DNA from: Guillardia theta CCMP2712
Taxonomy: Eukaryota; Protista; Cryptophyta
DNA length: 64,000 nt
Assembly (NCBI RefSeq): GCF_000315625.1
Contig: NW_005434578.1
Span: 1-64,000, forward strand
Direction: 5' to 3'
Positions 50,466-61,332 of the stretch are shown here, piece by piece. The position numbers and the translations under genes were made by a program. The notes under the pieces are model-generated. The model did not search any database and had not been told where the DNA came from. It saw nothing but the letters and a program-made list of their open reading frames with translations. Each line of letters starts with the position of its first letter. The stretch's first letter is position 1.

Positions 50466-51404
50466 TTGAGCAAGAACTGTCTTATACATTATACATTTAT
50501 TATACATCGAGACGTGAAATTGAATAACTTCCTCTATGACAGAAGGAATAAGAAGTACTTGCTTGTGGACTTTGGGCTGGCAGAGAAACAAATGCAGTCA
50601 TCAGGCCGCAGCATCGGCAACATCTTGCCCTGTGAGGTTTCTACGGCCAGCTCTCGCTCCTCGCGGAATCAAAAGGAGCAGGAGAAGCTAGAGATGGCGC
50701 AGGAGATGGCGAAGAGGCGGATCATGTTGGGCGTCAGCAAGACGAACGCATCGGTGACAGTGAGGAACTCAGGGGTCAAATTCGAACGTCCAGTCAAACG
50801 CGCGGGAACTCGGGGATACCGAGCGCCCGAAGTGCTCATGGGCATGCAGTGCCAGACCACAGCAGTGGACGTGTGGGCTGCTGGGGTAGTACTGCTTACC
50901 CTGCTGTGCCGCACGACACAGTTCCAATGGTTCCAGTATAACGACATAGTCACGGCAACGATGGAGATCTACGGGTACGCTCTTTGTGTACCTTGGAAGT
51001 GCGCTTGTCTGACTGTCTGAGCAGCTTGCGCATGTACATCAAGAGCATGGATGCTGTGTGGAAGCTCCTCGACGTTAAGGTAAAATTGTTGTCGTCGGCG
51101 TTGTTGTATCAAGAGGATGAGGATGAGGGTGATATGGTGGCGGGAGGCCTGAGGTTGCTAACTTGATGTCATTCAGATTCCACCATTGGAACTGCATCTC
51201 AGCTATGCCCGCGGTTTCAAGCAAACATGGCGGACCTTGTCAAGCTCCCTGGGCGCGCATGCGGGATGCAAGGACTGGCTGGAGGTGGATGAGAAACATG
51301 CGATCTGGGACTTCCTCAACTGCTGCCTCAACATCGATCCCCGCACGAGGATTACAGCACTGGAGGCTCTGAAGCATCCCTTCCTCATTAGTGCTGTCAA
51401 GTAA
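50466..51404 (+). CDS. CDC7: CDC7-like Ser/Thr kinase, C-lobe only (5'-truncated; possible pseudogene)
   Basis: IIHRDVKLNNFLY...YLLVDFGLAE, long insert, KRAGTRGYRAPEVL...QTTAVDVWAAGV, CLNIDPRTRITALEALKHPF. No GxGxxG/VAIK exon visible upstream. Confidence 0.8.
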
Positions 51405-52726
51405 ACCGTCTCTACCCGTAGCTTTCTCCTTCCTCTCCTCTCATGTCCTCCTCGCCCTCCTGCCTTCCTCGCTAGTGGTCTTGAGTAAACACGGTCTCTC
51501 CTCCGGCATCTCCTCTCGCAGCGATCAGGCATATCAACTAGCCTGGCCTCCCAGGCGTCCATTTCCCTTCAAACCCCTCCCCTCTCCTTCCCCCAGCCTC
51601 TCAAACTCCTCACCTCCTCACAAATGACACCGCCATATTACAATAGGTTGGGAGAAGCCTCAAAAAACGCAATCATGGCAAAGCAACAGGAAGTCTCTTG
51701 AAATATGTTTCTTATTCAACCGACGAAGCATTCAGGTAAAGGAAGCTAGGGCGTCAACACAACAAGGAGAATCGAATTTCCTTCATGTCTTCGAAGGTTG
51801 CTTCTCTGATCGGTTCCCTTCATGTTTCCCTTCTTCTGGAAGTGAACAACCATCACCTATAGCTGATGAGTGCTTTGGTACGCAAGTGCAAATTTCGATG
51901 AGATGCATACCTTACACATTCAACCTACTATAGGTGTGATTCTCAGCCAAGAATTGAGCTGTTTGATCTCAGTACTTGCCTGGCAGTTTCAGGAGTTAGC
52001 ATTGAGGGGCCATGGTCCTTGACTGCGCTCAGCAGCTGAGCAAACAGTCCCTGAGTACATTGGGAGTAGTGGGATAGGGAAGAGACCGGGGCAAGTGTGA
52101 GGTCGTTTACAAGTGTTTTAGATTGATACGAGAAGTTTGCACTACCCCCTACCCCTCAACACGGGCTGGAGGCCGTTGGAAAGATTCAAATCATTTGAAT
52201 ACCTACCCCGAGCCTCCTCATGATTATTTAGTCAACTATACACGCCTATTCATATCAAATAGAGGAAGGTTTTGCTCAACATTGCCCTTCTTGTCTTGGA
52301 TGGCCCGGCAGCCCTGGCAACGAAAAAGGTACATAAATTGACGGAGCAAACATTTTTAGGTCAATTTTCTCTTGCCGCTTGAATTTGACTAAAACTACTA
52401 TGAGAACCACCCTGGTTGACTGATCCGACAAGGATACGGAACGGCAACGCTATGGGTAGTACGGCAACTCAGGAGGCCGCTCGGTGACCGGCGGTCACGG
52501 TCACGCCAGGAAGCCGCCCCGCGGCGGCGGCGGCCGGGCTGGCGAGCCAGTCAGCCTGTCTGACTCCGAGCGGAGGCTGTGACTGAGTCTACTGTCCTCG
52601 TGACTCAGTCAGCTAAACCCACTTTGCCTCGGAGGAGGTGCCGAATCATTGTGAGTTGAGATTCAACAACCACGGGAGCAGTCAGCAAACTGAACTGGAT
52701 CCACTGCTGCAGGAGCCTGACAGTGA

Positions 52727-53331
52727 TATGCCTCCGAACTCCTCTGAGTTGAGATTTCTCCGTATGTTCCCGGTAGTATGTACGACATGCGCAGCTGCGG
52801 ATGCTGACGACTTGGCTGTCAGCAAACGACCTCTTACCGGACGCTTGGGACTTTTTGCATGCTCGAGATCGCTCTGCGCCTTCCTAATATCTACTGCACC
52901 GCGAAAACCAACAGCGCCGCCCCTGCCTTCCCTCATAAATACACACACAAAGTACGTCCCCTTCCACGCCCATCCCCGCCAGCTTTCTTCTGCGCTCCTC
53001 TCATCCTCCTGACATACATCGTTTCTTGGAGATCCTTTGCCTCTGATATCTCCTTCTCGTGTTTGTGTCCCTCATACAGCTTCCCGCCACGCCTCCCGCC
53101 ATGCCCCACGACGCTCCTGATCAGACGCTCTTGCCCTTCCCAGCTCCTCGAAGCACGTCCACGCAAGGCAGCCATCACCAGCTTCCCCACAAATGCTCTG
53201 CCAACTCGCGGAGTCTCCGGTCCAAGGAAGCGCAGCTTCAGAGCCTGCGGCGAGCGATCCAGATGATCGAGGGAAGCTGGGGATACGTCAATGCGTTAGG
53301 GGAGGAATGCAGCTTTAAGTCGCCCTTATGA
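52727..53331 (+). CDS. Small hypothetical protein ending in the QLQSL...VNALG motif
   Basis: Last exon (acag| at 53080) encodes ...EAQLQSLRRAIQMIEGSWGYVNALGEECSFKSPL*; homologous motif in 56091-56360. Upstream exons uncertain. Confidence 0.55.
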
Positions 53332-54004
53332 CCTGATCACAGCGAAAAGGAAGCGAGTCACAGCACAGCTTTGTGCCCTTGTAGCAGACCTTGTCACAAG
53401 CAAGTACACGGAGGCTGTGATTTTTTGTGGTAACGAATTGTAATATAGAGCTTTGAAACAAACCCTCTAGAGTCCTCTCATGTAACACGTCGCCATGATC
53501 CATGCTGTACTTGCCGCGGCGAAAGGATCGACTGAGAGGGTCAGAGCGCTTGACGTTAGCTCTCAGCTCTTGGCTGGAAGGTACTAGCGGTGAGGAGCTT
53601 CCTGTCACGAGTTCAGCCAAGCAGTTGCAAGGTTGTCCGCACTTTGTTTTCGCATCCCTATACCAGCGAGCTCGGAGAACAGAGTTCATGGCAAAGGCGA
53701 AATCGGATCATGGTGGGCTCCGCCGCCTCGCTGTCACTGGAACTGAGTCCGACAAGGAAATTTCAGGGTGGACACTGCACCGCTGATTCTGTCTGGTAGG
53801 CCGGGTTCAAACTACCGGCCCCGCTTGGACAGTGTTTGATCCTTCATATGGTAGCCGCCCGACTGGATCGTGTCAGAGCATGACTGCCTACTGGCGTGAC
53901 TGCGGTGAGAACATATCACAGGTTTTATTTCGAGTGACAGGGAATGTACAAAATTCATGGCTCTAGCTTTATGAAGAGAACAGGCGCCAAACCATCTATG
54001 GCGA

Positions 54005-54955
54005 TCAGGTATACCAGTCTTTATTTGGAGGTGCAATCCCTTTGCTCCATTGGACCACTGTTGTCGGGGTCTCTCCTCGCATCCCGTACAGCTTGTCCTC
54101 CCAGACCTCCTCTAGGTTGCAACTGGAGTCGGCAGTATCTGCTGCATAAGCTACCAAGACTCCGCCACTCCCTTCCCTCACATGTTTGTTCATGACGCTT
54201 CTTCCATGGAACGCAACACAATCTCCAGGCTCAAGGTCTGCGCCGATGCTGAGCTGCTGGGAAACGTCTGCTGAGATTTGATGACCTTTGGGGAAAGAAT
54301 CTTCTGACCAAAGATGGCTGCCGCGCAGAACCTTGATGCTCTCATCCTCTGATACGCTATCGAGAGGCACAAAGAAAGCAACCGTCGTCTTGATCACTTC
54401 TTCTGTCCCGATTTCTGGTCGCTGAAAGTCGCGATCACATTCAAAATCACTGTAGAGCCATGATGATACGAGGAGAGACTTCGCAGAGTTCAACAATCGG
54501 CATGAAACTGATCGCAATGGCCCTTTCTTTGCGAATAACGACAATGATTCTACACAATCCTCCGCTCGTCCATTTCTAGTTCCTTCCTTCATCAAGTCGA
54601 TCCATTCTTTCCCAATGACCTTACGAAGTGGGACAATTCCGTCCCGAGCAAATGCCCGGATATGAGAGTCAGAGATCCGAGCAGCCATAAGCTCTGTCTC
54701 GTATTCCAGTCCAGCATCGTAAACTTTTCCCAACCTGGCATTTAACCTTTCACCTCCAGTATCCAGTCGCAAATTTGTGCATTTCGATCTAGGCTGACAG
54801 GGAAAGATCAATCTAGAGCTTGTCAGAGTGTTATGGAATCCTGGGGATGTTGGTGCTTTAAGCATGGACAATGCGTGCACCATTTGCTGTTGTAATGCAG
54901 ACATTACGCACAAAGTGAAAGCCGTCAACAGAGACTTCCCTATCATGTTTGGCAT
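54005..54955 (-). CDS. PhyH-like (phytanoyl-CoA dioxygenase fold) protein with signal/transit-like N-terminus; intronless
   Basis: IRAFARDGIVPLRKVI, VAFFVPLD.VS....IKVLRGSHLW, DLEPGDCVAFHG. Canonical Fe ligands not evident. Confidence 0.75.
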   Translation of the reverse strand: MPNMIGKSLLTAFTLCVMSALQQQMVHALSMLKAPTSPGFHNTLTSSRLIFPCQPRSKCTNLRLDTGGERLNARLGKVYDAGLEYETELMAARISDSHIRAFARDGIVPLRKVIGKEWIDLMKEGTRNGRAEDCVESLSLFAKKGPLRSVSCRLLNSAKSLLVSSWLYSDFECDRDFQRPEIGTEEVIKTTVAFFVPLDSVSEDESIKVLRGSHLWSEDSFPKGHQISADVSQQLSIGADLEPGDCVAFHGRSVMNKHVREGSGGVLVAYAADTADSSCNLEEVWEDKLYGMRGETPTTVVQWSKGIAPPNKDWYT

Positions 54956-55213
54956 GTCCTGGGAGGTATCCGTGTATAGCTGATTCACCAGCAGACTTCC
55001 AGCACAACCTCACGATCTAACAGCAGCTTCCGCCCTGCTCGCCTTCAACACTGCCAGCCGCTCGCATCTTTCCCCTCCAGGGACTAGGGATCCCCCGGGG
55101 CCCGTTCGCCCTGCCGGCACTAGCCCGGGCCATGCCGCTGTGTCCGATCGGACGGTCAGAAGGCCCGGCAACTCAGTGAGAGTAGGCCCGGTAATCTGAC
55201 TGGGCAAACAACT

Positions 55214-55367
55214 TCTTTACTCAAAGTTAAGTTAAAAATCAGTACGAGGACAATCAGGAGAGTCGAGGAGGCTTGACCCTGACACTGTCGCACTGGCCAA
55301 ACGGCGAGAAGAGAAAAGACAGCGAGAACCAAACCTAATCCTGCCGACTGCTGTCCCCCAAACTTAA
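55214..55367. repeat. 154-bp dispersed repeat, copy 2
   Basis: Matches 4565-4718. Confidence 0.9.
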
Positions 55368-56090
55368 TTAATACCTTCACTTAACGGCGCGCAGGACAAG
55401 TCCCCCGCGCGGCAAACAACCCTTCGTCACCCGGAACTTGCGTGACTCATCACCGTTTCTATCTTAGGTATCGTGACTGGGCCATGAATGCCGGCCGCCT
55501 CGGTCTTAAGGGCAAGTCCAAGATTTCGAGTAAATATTCAACACAACCGTAAACTTTTGAAATTTACCCGAATACAAATTTGTCGAATTTGGTAGGTATA
55601 GGATTTGCTCCGGTCAACGATGCGGGGGGTTGGAGAGTTGCCGGGACTGCACCGAAGGGATGCGGTTTTAGACCCATCGGGAGACTTTTCGACTCCTTAC
55701 AACTCAATTTACAAAACAACAATGTTTTAGCCTGGTAAAGCCTGTATCTTCAGGTGGCCTCAGGTATAGGAGATCCTAGGGCACCGCTATGACCGTGTAC
55801 TAGAGATGTCATCAGTGGCTCACGATACCACCAAGGAGTTTTTCTTCGGACCCCCCCTACCATCAACTTAACCTCTTCGTGCTAATCAAGAAACCTCACC
55901 CTGCCTGGCAACCCCAAAGATTATCTAATTGAAGCACTAAGTTCAAAAGGCAGTCAATTTGTAGCCCCTTCCTGAGTCGGTATCCCATCTTAAAAAGACC
56001 CTTGAGGGTGGGGGAAACTCCCGCATAATACCCCCGCGTTCCATCGGTTGTCCTCGTCCTCGCAGCACACTCCCTGCACACCACTGGATC

Positions 56091-56360
56091 ATGTACGATG
56101 TTTGCCTTGGTATGTCATCCATGAACATTTCTACTACCTCGGCCGAGCAAGATAGCTTCGATGACATTGGTTTCGGCTCGGAGCAATTCGAAGAATCCTT
56201 GAATATTGATGACTCGTGGACAACGATCAAGATTGGTGGGAATGATGTTTTTGGGCAGCCTCCAAAATGGAAGCAACTGCAGAGCTTGAAGGCATCCATC
56301 GAGCTCATCGAGGGACACGAGCTGATTGTGAACGCTCTGGGCGATGAAACTAGACTCTAG
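56091..56360 (+). CDS. Small acidic hypothetical protein (89 aa) ending in the QLQSL...VNALG motif
   Basis: ATG-initiated ORF; KQLQSLKASIELIEGHELIVNALGDE matches the motif at 53233-53307. Confidence 0.6.
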   Translation: MYDVCLGMSSMNISTTSAEQDSFDDIGFGSEQFEESLNIDDSWTTIKIGGNDVFGQPPKWKQLQSLKASIELIEGHELIVNALGDETRL

Positions 56361-56594
56361 ACCGTCGCTTTCCCTTTTGTGAGTGAAGTTTGAATTGTGA
56401 GATTTTGCAACCTTCAATGAGAAAACTTGTACATTAAACTGAGACCTCAAAGATTCAAATGTTAGCTCATTGTCCACTGCAACCTCCATTGAGTCTCATC
56501 TACATTTGAGTACAAAATTTTTGCATTCCAATTCTCCAACGGGACTCTGAACCTTGACACGTTTTTAATTAAAAGAGCATAGTGATGCAGAAGT

Positions 56595-58534
56595 TCAAAG
56601 TAAAGCTGGTCTGAAGTTAGAGAACAAGTCCGATGATTTCAGTAGTTGCTGCATCATCGTCGAAGTTGGGCATACTGCCAAGAAGCTCCGACGAAAGATC
56701 TCCTTGGCACGTTTGAATCTCCTGTAGAGTTTTGACGTCTGTGATGCGTCAAGTTGACATCAAATAGAAACATCACTGTTTACCTTATAGAGTTGCGTTG
56801 CAATGTAAAGCTGTCGATTTTCGGAGATCTTCGGGTGTTTGTCCTGGCAGCTGCTTGATTTCCAGAGTCTGTAACTGAAACTATCGATCAGGGCCCAAAA
56901 GGAGCACCGCTAAAAACATCGTACCTTTGCTTTGCTTCAAAACCATCTTCTTTTTCTTCGAATCACTCGTCACGAGCTTACATTTTGCAGGCGAAGACGA
57001 CTTTTCTTCCTCCTTTCTATCCGATCGAAGGTTCACATTGTTGACCAGTAAATCAGGACGATGCGAAGCTTCGGTATCAGATGACGAAGTTTCATGGTCG
57101 AGAGGCGAGTCCTCATTTTGAACAGGGACCAAGCTTCCCTCGTGCGACCTTCTTAGTTCATCCAATTCAGACTGTAATCTGCTTCTGGTAGCTTGTAGAC
57201 CCTGTTGGATATTCTCCAAACGATTCCTCTGCACGTCTAGCTCCATCTGCCTTTGTCTTAAGGTTTGCAGTTGGGCTAGTGACGTTGAGAGCTGGTCTCT
57301 TGAGCTTGCATATTGCTGTTGAAGGTCGAGCTCTTCCTGGTTGAGCGCCCCTGATAGTCTCAACGTTCTCTCTCGATTGTGAGAACCTGGTGATTGCAAG
57401 GCATTAACCGTCTGCCCTGTCGTCCTGTTGTCCTCATCTTCATACACCACCCGTCGGCAGCACGGGCATGTCCGGTGAACCTCCAGCAGCCATCGATCGA
57501 TGCACTTGGAGTGGAACTCATGGTTGCAGGGCAGCTTCCTCAGTACCTCCTCTTCAACGTATTCCTCCAGACAAATGTAGCATTCGAGTTTCCCTCTACT
57601 GTGCTCCCGTCTCCATGTCCTTGTTTCGAACGAGTCCACTATCTCTTTGGGAACCTTATGCAGATTCCCCTCCGTAGACATGTGACTCCGAAAAGCGCTG
57701 AGGGCAGGAAGCAGCCCCTCCAAGATGGCCGACATCCTCCGCACCCTCGGAAGTAGTTCGTACACACTGGGACTGTCTGTATCGGAGTCTCCACCATTGA
57801 GGAACGAGCTTCGAATTCTCTCCAAGTCTCTGAGCATGATGGCACGCACCAAGTCTGCAGGGTGGAAGTTGTGAACCCGCGCATGCACCATTTCTTGCGA
57901 TCCCTGGAAGTGCGAAACAATATGGCTGGCAAATGCTTGCGGAGCAATCACTGTCAACATCTTAGCGGTGGGCAAGACTGTAAAAAGAGCGCACCATTCG
58001 CAACTTCAGTAAAACTGTCAGAGTTGCGATCCGACGGCAGACTGATCGTGACCAATGATATTCCACCTCCCATCTGAGAAGAAATGATCAATGCAAATCC
58101 TGTTCACAAAGATCCGATTCCAAAGAAACTTTATAGGGCAGTAACTGGACTACATCATTGTGTTTGAGCATTGCTTTCCAAACTACAAGTGCCAACCTTG
58201 GTTGGTGGAACTCAGCTTTATCAGTGGAAGTTGGCGATTTGGGTCATCTTTTCAAAAGACTACATCAAACCAATACTATTTACTATGTATTTCGATCTTG
58301 AATTCTATTACGTTCATCCTTGCATATATCTTTCTGATGAGCTACGAGGAAAAGATTCTATTCCTCAACTGTTCGGCGATCAACAATCATTTCATTTCCT
58401 CGAAAACAACAATCAACTTCGAACAAAACACTCGTGGCTCTTTCAATGCTAGTATCCATCTTGATGTACTTCACTGCATCCAACCCCCCTTCTACCTTCC
58501 TTTCCCTCCTCGCACCATTGCTTCCTAGCGCCAT
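56595..58534 (-). CDS. RING-H2 E3 ubiquitin ligase with coiled coil (main exon 56881-57975; outer limits approximate)
   Basis: CYICLEEY...LRKLPCNHEFHSKCIDRWLLEVHRTCPCCR followed by a Q/L-rich heptad region. Confidence 0.85.
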
Positions 58535-58993
58535 ATCTGCCTCATCAAGCAACAAACCCCCTCCACAAAAACTGCCGGGACCCCACCCCTCATTTTCCAA
58601 TGTACAACCCTACCCAACATCACAATTCTAAATCAGTACTGAAAGTTTACTTTGGTATTTGAAAACTTCAAATTTATTAAATAAATTTCACCCTATGGTA
58701 GATTCCTCTTGAAACTTCTCAGATCTGAAAATGACTGCTGAAGGTTGCGTCCCCTGCAATTTCCGTGGCAGTAGGCATGGATATTCAAGGAGGGAGGGAG
58801 GGAGGGAGGGAGGGAGGGAGGGAGGTGGAGGAATAGTTGAGAGTGAGAAGTTCTGCAAGGTAGATGGGGAATGGGATGGGACACAATATAAAGGAAACAA
58901 GATGAGGAAACAAAAAGCCATGAAACACATTCAGCACAGTTTGAAGAAGAACAGTTTGACTGACTGGAGGATCGGAGAGATTCTCCGATGGCT

Positions 58994-59120
<127 letters not shown>

Positions 59121-59189
59121 AGAAAAGATGATTGGTTCTTTCTCATTCTTTCTCTTTCACTGAGATGCACGTAGCTCAACTTTCACAGT

Positions 59190-61101
59190 ATGGGATGCTT
59201 GCAAGGCAAAGAGGAAAGCGCTTCGAAGCAACAAAAGCAGCAAACTCCTCAGGCCCTGAAACAAGATGCTGGCAAGCCTGCTCCTGTCAATCAGATGGCA
59301 AATCCGATCAAGAATGACCCTCCGGCAAAACCCCGGCAGATAACCATGAAGGAAGTAGCTGAGCACACGAAGGACCCTGAAATCTGGTTCGTGATCCATG
59401 GCAAGGTTTACTCAGTTGGAGAGTTCAAGGACCATCCTGGAGGATTTCAGGTGAGAGAGCTGGAGGGATATGTGCATAGGGGAGAGATTCATGCATGTAC
59501 GTCCAGGCCCTGCAAAGATCAGCAGGAAAAGATGTTTCGATCGAGTTCGATGACATGCACGATGATTTTGCGAAGCAGCAGCTTTCGAGGTCTTCCGATG
59601 AAGCGCTCATCTTGCATCTGATCTGCTGCAGGTACTACATAGGAGATCTTGTTGGACCTTCTTCCACCGAGCAGAAGACGCAATTGAGTGACACAACTGC
59701 TGTGGAACAATCATCCACGTGGTACGTGCTCTTGAGAGAATGATGATCCGTTCCTAGCGCTGACCTCAAGGCAGCCTTAAGGGGATGCATGAAGCTCTCG
59801 TCTGCTCTCTACAGGAGAGGACTGTCCTGTCACGAGATTCCTACCTGTTCCGATTCTCGTTGCCCACAGATAAGGTAACAGAGGAGCTGGTGGTTCTCGG
59901 CTACTGTCTCATCGCGTTTCATCGCAGAGTTTTGGCCTTCCTATCGGTCAGCACATCCGAATCACTGCCGAGATAGATGGCTCCCCAGTCTCCCGGAGCT
60001 ACACGGTATCAAGCTTTGTTTTGTGTGAACTGCTGAACTGAGAGACGATGGTATGAAAGCCTACCAGCAAAGAGTCTGCTACAGGACACTTTGACCTGGT
60101 TGTCAAGGTCTATAGAAGGCAAGACAGACTGAGTAGATTAAGGAATGGTCACTGTTATTTGCAGGACGGAGAACTCACCAGGAGGCCAAATGTCTCAGTA
60201 TCTCGAGTCTCTCAAAGTGCGCTGGTTGCAGCACATTGAATTCCGACTGACACAAGGTCTGCTATCAGGTTGGTGATACTATTGATGTGTTTGGGCCAAA
60301 AGGGATGTTTCGGTATAACAAGGATGGCACTTGCAACATCGATGGCAGAGATGGTACTGCATCAACGTAGATGGAACGATACGATGTGAACGAATTCCGT
60401 AGTGGCCGTGAAGAAGTTCGGGTTCATCTGTGGAGGCAGCGGCATCACTCCCGCGTTTCAGGTGTTGACTGCTCGTATTGTCCTCCGCTCTTGACACGCT
60501 GTTGCTCTCAGACCTTGCAGGCTATTCTCGACAACCCGCAAGACAAGACAAGCTCCTGGTTGATCTCCGCGAACCAAGTAGACAGAATGTTTGAAATCAA
60601 GCGAGCACTAATTTACCGCCGCTTATCAGAAGGAAGAGGATATTCTACTCCGGGCAGAACTTGACAGGTAATGCTGTTTCTGATTAGTGCTCCTTGCCTG
60701 CTGATTCCTGAGGGCCTCTCAGATGGGCTCAAGAGCACGGCGATCGCTTCAAGTGCTTCTACACTTTGTCACGCGAGACTCCGGAAGGCAAGTGAAGTCG
60801 CCAGGTGTCGATGCGGGAGGGACAGTGAACCTTTGACAGGATGGAAGTTTGGAAGCGGATACGTGAACGAGGGTATGATCGCCGAGCACATGCCGGCACC
60901 AGGTAGGGAGCTACTTCCTGTATCTCGAGTCAGAGATGTTGGAGCTGAATGAGCTCGATGTTCTCCAACTTCTGACCCGGTTGTCTTGCAGGGCCGGATA
61001 CGATCGTGTGCCTTTGCGGACCTCCGGTTATGATCGACGACACTTGCATCCCACTCTTGAAGAAGGCCGGATTCAATGACGAGCAAATCTTTGTATTCTA
61101 A
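59190..61101 (+). CDS. Cytochrome b5 + NADH-cytochrome b5 reductase fusion protein
   Basis: b5: WFVIHGKVY...DHPGG...AGKDVSIEFDDMH...YYIGDL. Reductase: FRFSLP, GLPIGQHI, RSYT|P, FDLVVKVY, GGQMSQYL, GPKG, CGGSGITP, EEDILLRAELD, CGPP, ending IFVF*. Confidence 0.93.
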
Positions 61102-61332
61102 TCGTTAACGTACAACTTGGTGGATTGGAAGTCCAACAAGACAGGCTATGATACAGATGGTGGGCGCTACATGTAATGGCCGTTGGCCTTTCTTGCAGAC
61201 GCGGACAGTTGATGCCTCGCTGAAGTTGTCTTCTGCTTGCTAGTCAGTCATGCAGTCGGGAGGAAACGAGGACGAAGAGCAGAATCCAATCAAGGGACCA
61301 GGGGGGAGGAACGAGGAGGAGAGGGAGAGGCG

